A stretch of 32,000 bases of DNA from positions 23,763 through 55,762 of the forward strand of contig JAVYME010000003.1 of the NCBI GenBank assembly GCA_038736825.1, written 5' to 3'. The notes under the pieces were generated by a model, which did no database searches, was not told where the DNA came from, and saw only the letters and a list, made by a program, of their open reading frames with translations. Source of the stretch: Candidatus Iainarchaeum sp. (GTDB lineage Archaea; Iainarchaeota; Iainarchaeia; Iainarchaeales; DTGL01). Below, one piece after another: positions 31,913 through 32,000 of this stretch; the first letter of the stretch is position 1; each line of letters begins with the position of its first letter. The translations under genes and the position numbers were made by a program.

Positions 31913-32000
31913 ATGAAATGCTCAAAGTGCGGTGAAAAGATGCTAAGGGAGGGCCTTGAAGGCCTTGCAGGTGCTGAAATTATTGCGCAATGGGTTTGTC
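31913..32000 (+). CDS. Start of a possible zinc-ribbon protein (3' end lies outside the window)
   Basis: ATG at 31913. The product MKCSKCGEKMLREGLEGLAGAEIIAQWVC... has a CxxC at the N-terminus. Only 29 codons are visible. Confidence 0.3.
   Translation, partial: MKCSKCGEKMLREGLEGLAGAEIIAQWVC

Noticed and set aside
1-32000. A whole-window search by eye for CRISPR repeats, IS/transposase/integrase genes, restriction-modification, toxin-antitoxin or other defence modules, rRNA, RNase P RNA, SRP RNA and C/D-box sRNAs.
   Set aside because: No spacer-repeat periodicity was found. All intergenic spacers are 130 nt or shorter and are occupied by TATA boxes or T-runs. There are no RUGAUGA/CUGA box pairs in spacers, and no ORF shows recombinase or nuclease-toxin motifs.

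Overview
This window reads as a compact archaeal chromosome segment. It is AT-rich and more than 90% coding by eye, with many 4-nt start/stop overlaps. It is almost entirely informational and housekeeping genes: I count 38 complete or partial CDSs and one tRNA-Cys(GCA).

Gene content, left to right:
- The 3' end of an S-layer-like gene with a strong terminator.
- A small envelope cluster: predicted lipoprotein, UPF0104 flippase-like membrane protein, and a convergent AglH/Alg7-type GlcNAc-1-P transferase.
- truD, aRF1, pyrH, dph2, ppsA, rpl10e, a small basic hypothetical and tRNA-Cys.
- A degenerate ThiI-like protein, an orphan Mre11-like nuclease and acs.
- An eight-gene co-directional run on the minus strand: OB-fold protein, aIF2-beta, DUF424, aIF1A, Rio1, KH/Dim2, Top6B, Top6A.
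- A VTT/DedA membrane protein and a presenilin-like intramembrane protease.
- The classic archaeal exosome/proteasome superoperon: rnp2(Pop5), psmA, SBDS, rrp4, rrp41, rrp42, rpl37ae, rpoP, pcc1, pfdB. It is extended here by a DHH/DHHA1 phosphoesterase.
- A coiled-coil hypothetical, a HAD hydrolase and the start of a zinc-ribbon ORF.

The eukaryote-like translation, exosome and Topo VI content shows it is archaeal. The gene packing and lineage-specific protein extensions suggest a small-genome (DPANN-like) lineage, but that cannot be established from this window.

I found no CRISPR array, mobile element, defence island, toxin-antitoxin pair or rRNA, and I do not see an obviously new multi-gene system.

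The points most worth a second look are protein-level oddities:
- a ~144-aa Lys/Glu-rich insertion in the PpsA swivel linker
- long K/E tails on ribosomal proteins L10e and L37Ae
- a ThiI homologue with a destroyed PP-loop
- an Mre11-like protein with GNH changed to GTH and no rad50 nearby
- aRF1 with NIKD in place of NIKS

There are also context-based function hints for DUF424, the OB-fold protein and the DHH phosphoesterase. All family assignments come from motifs recognised by eye, not from database searches.
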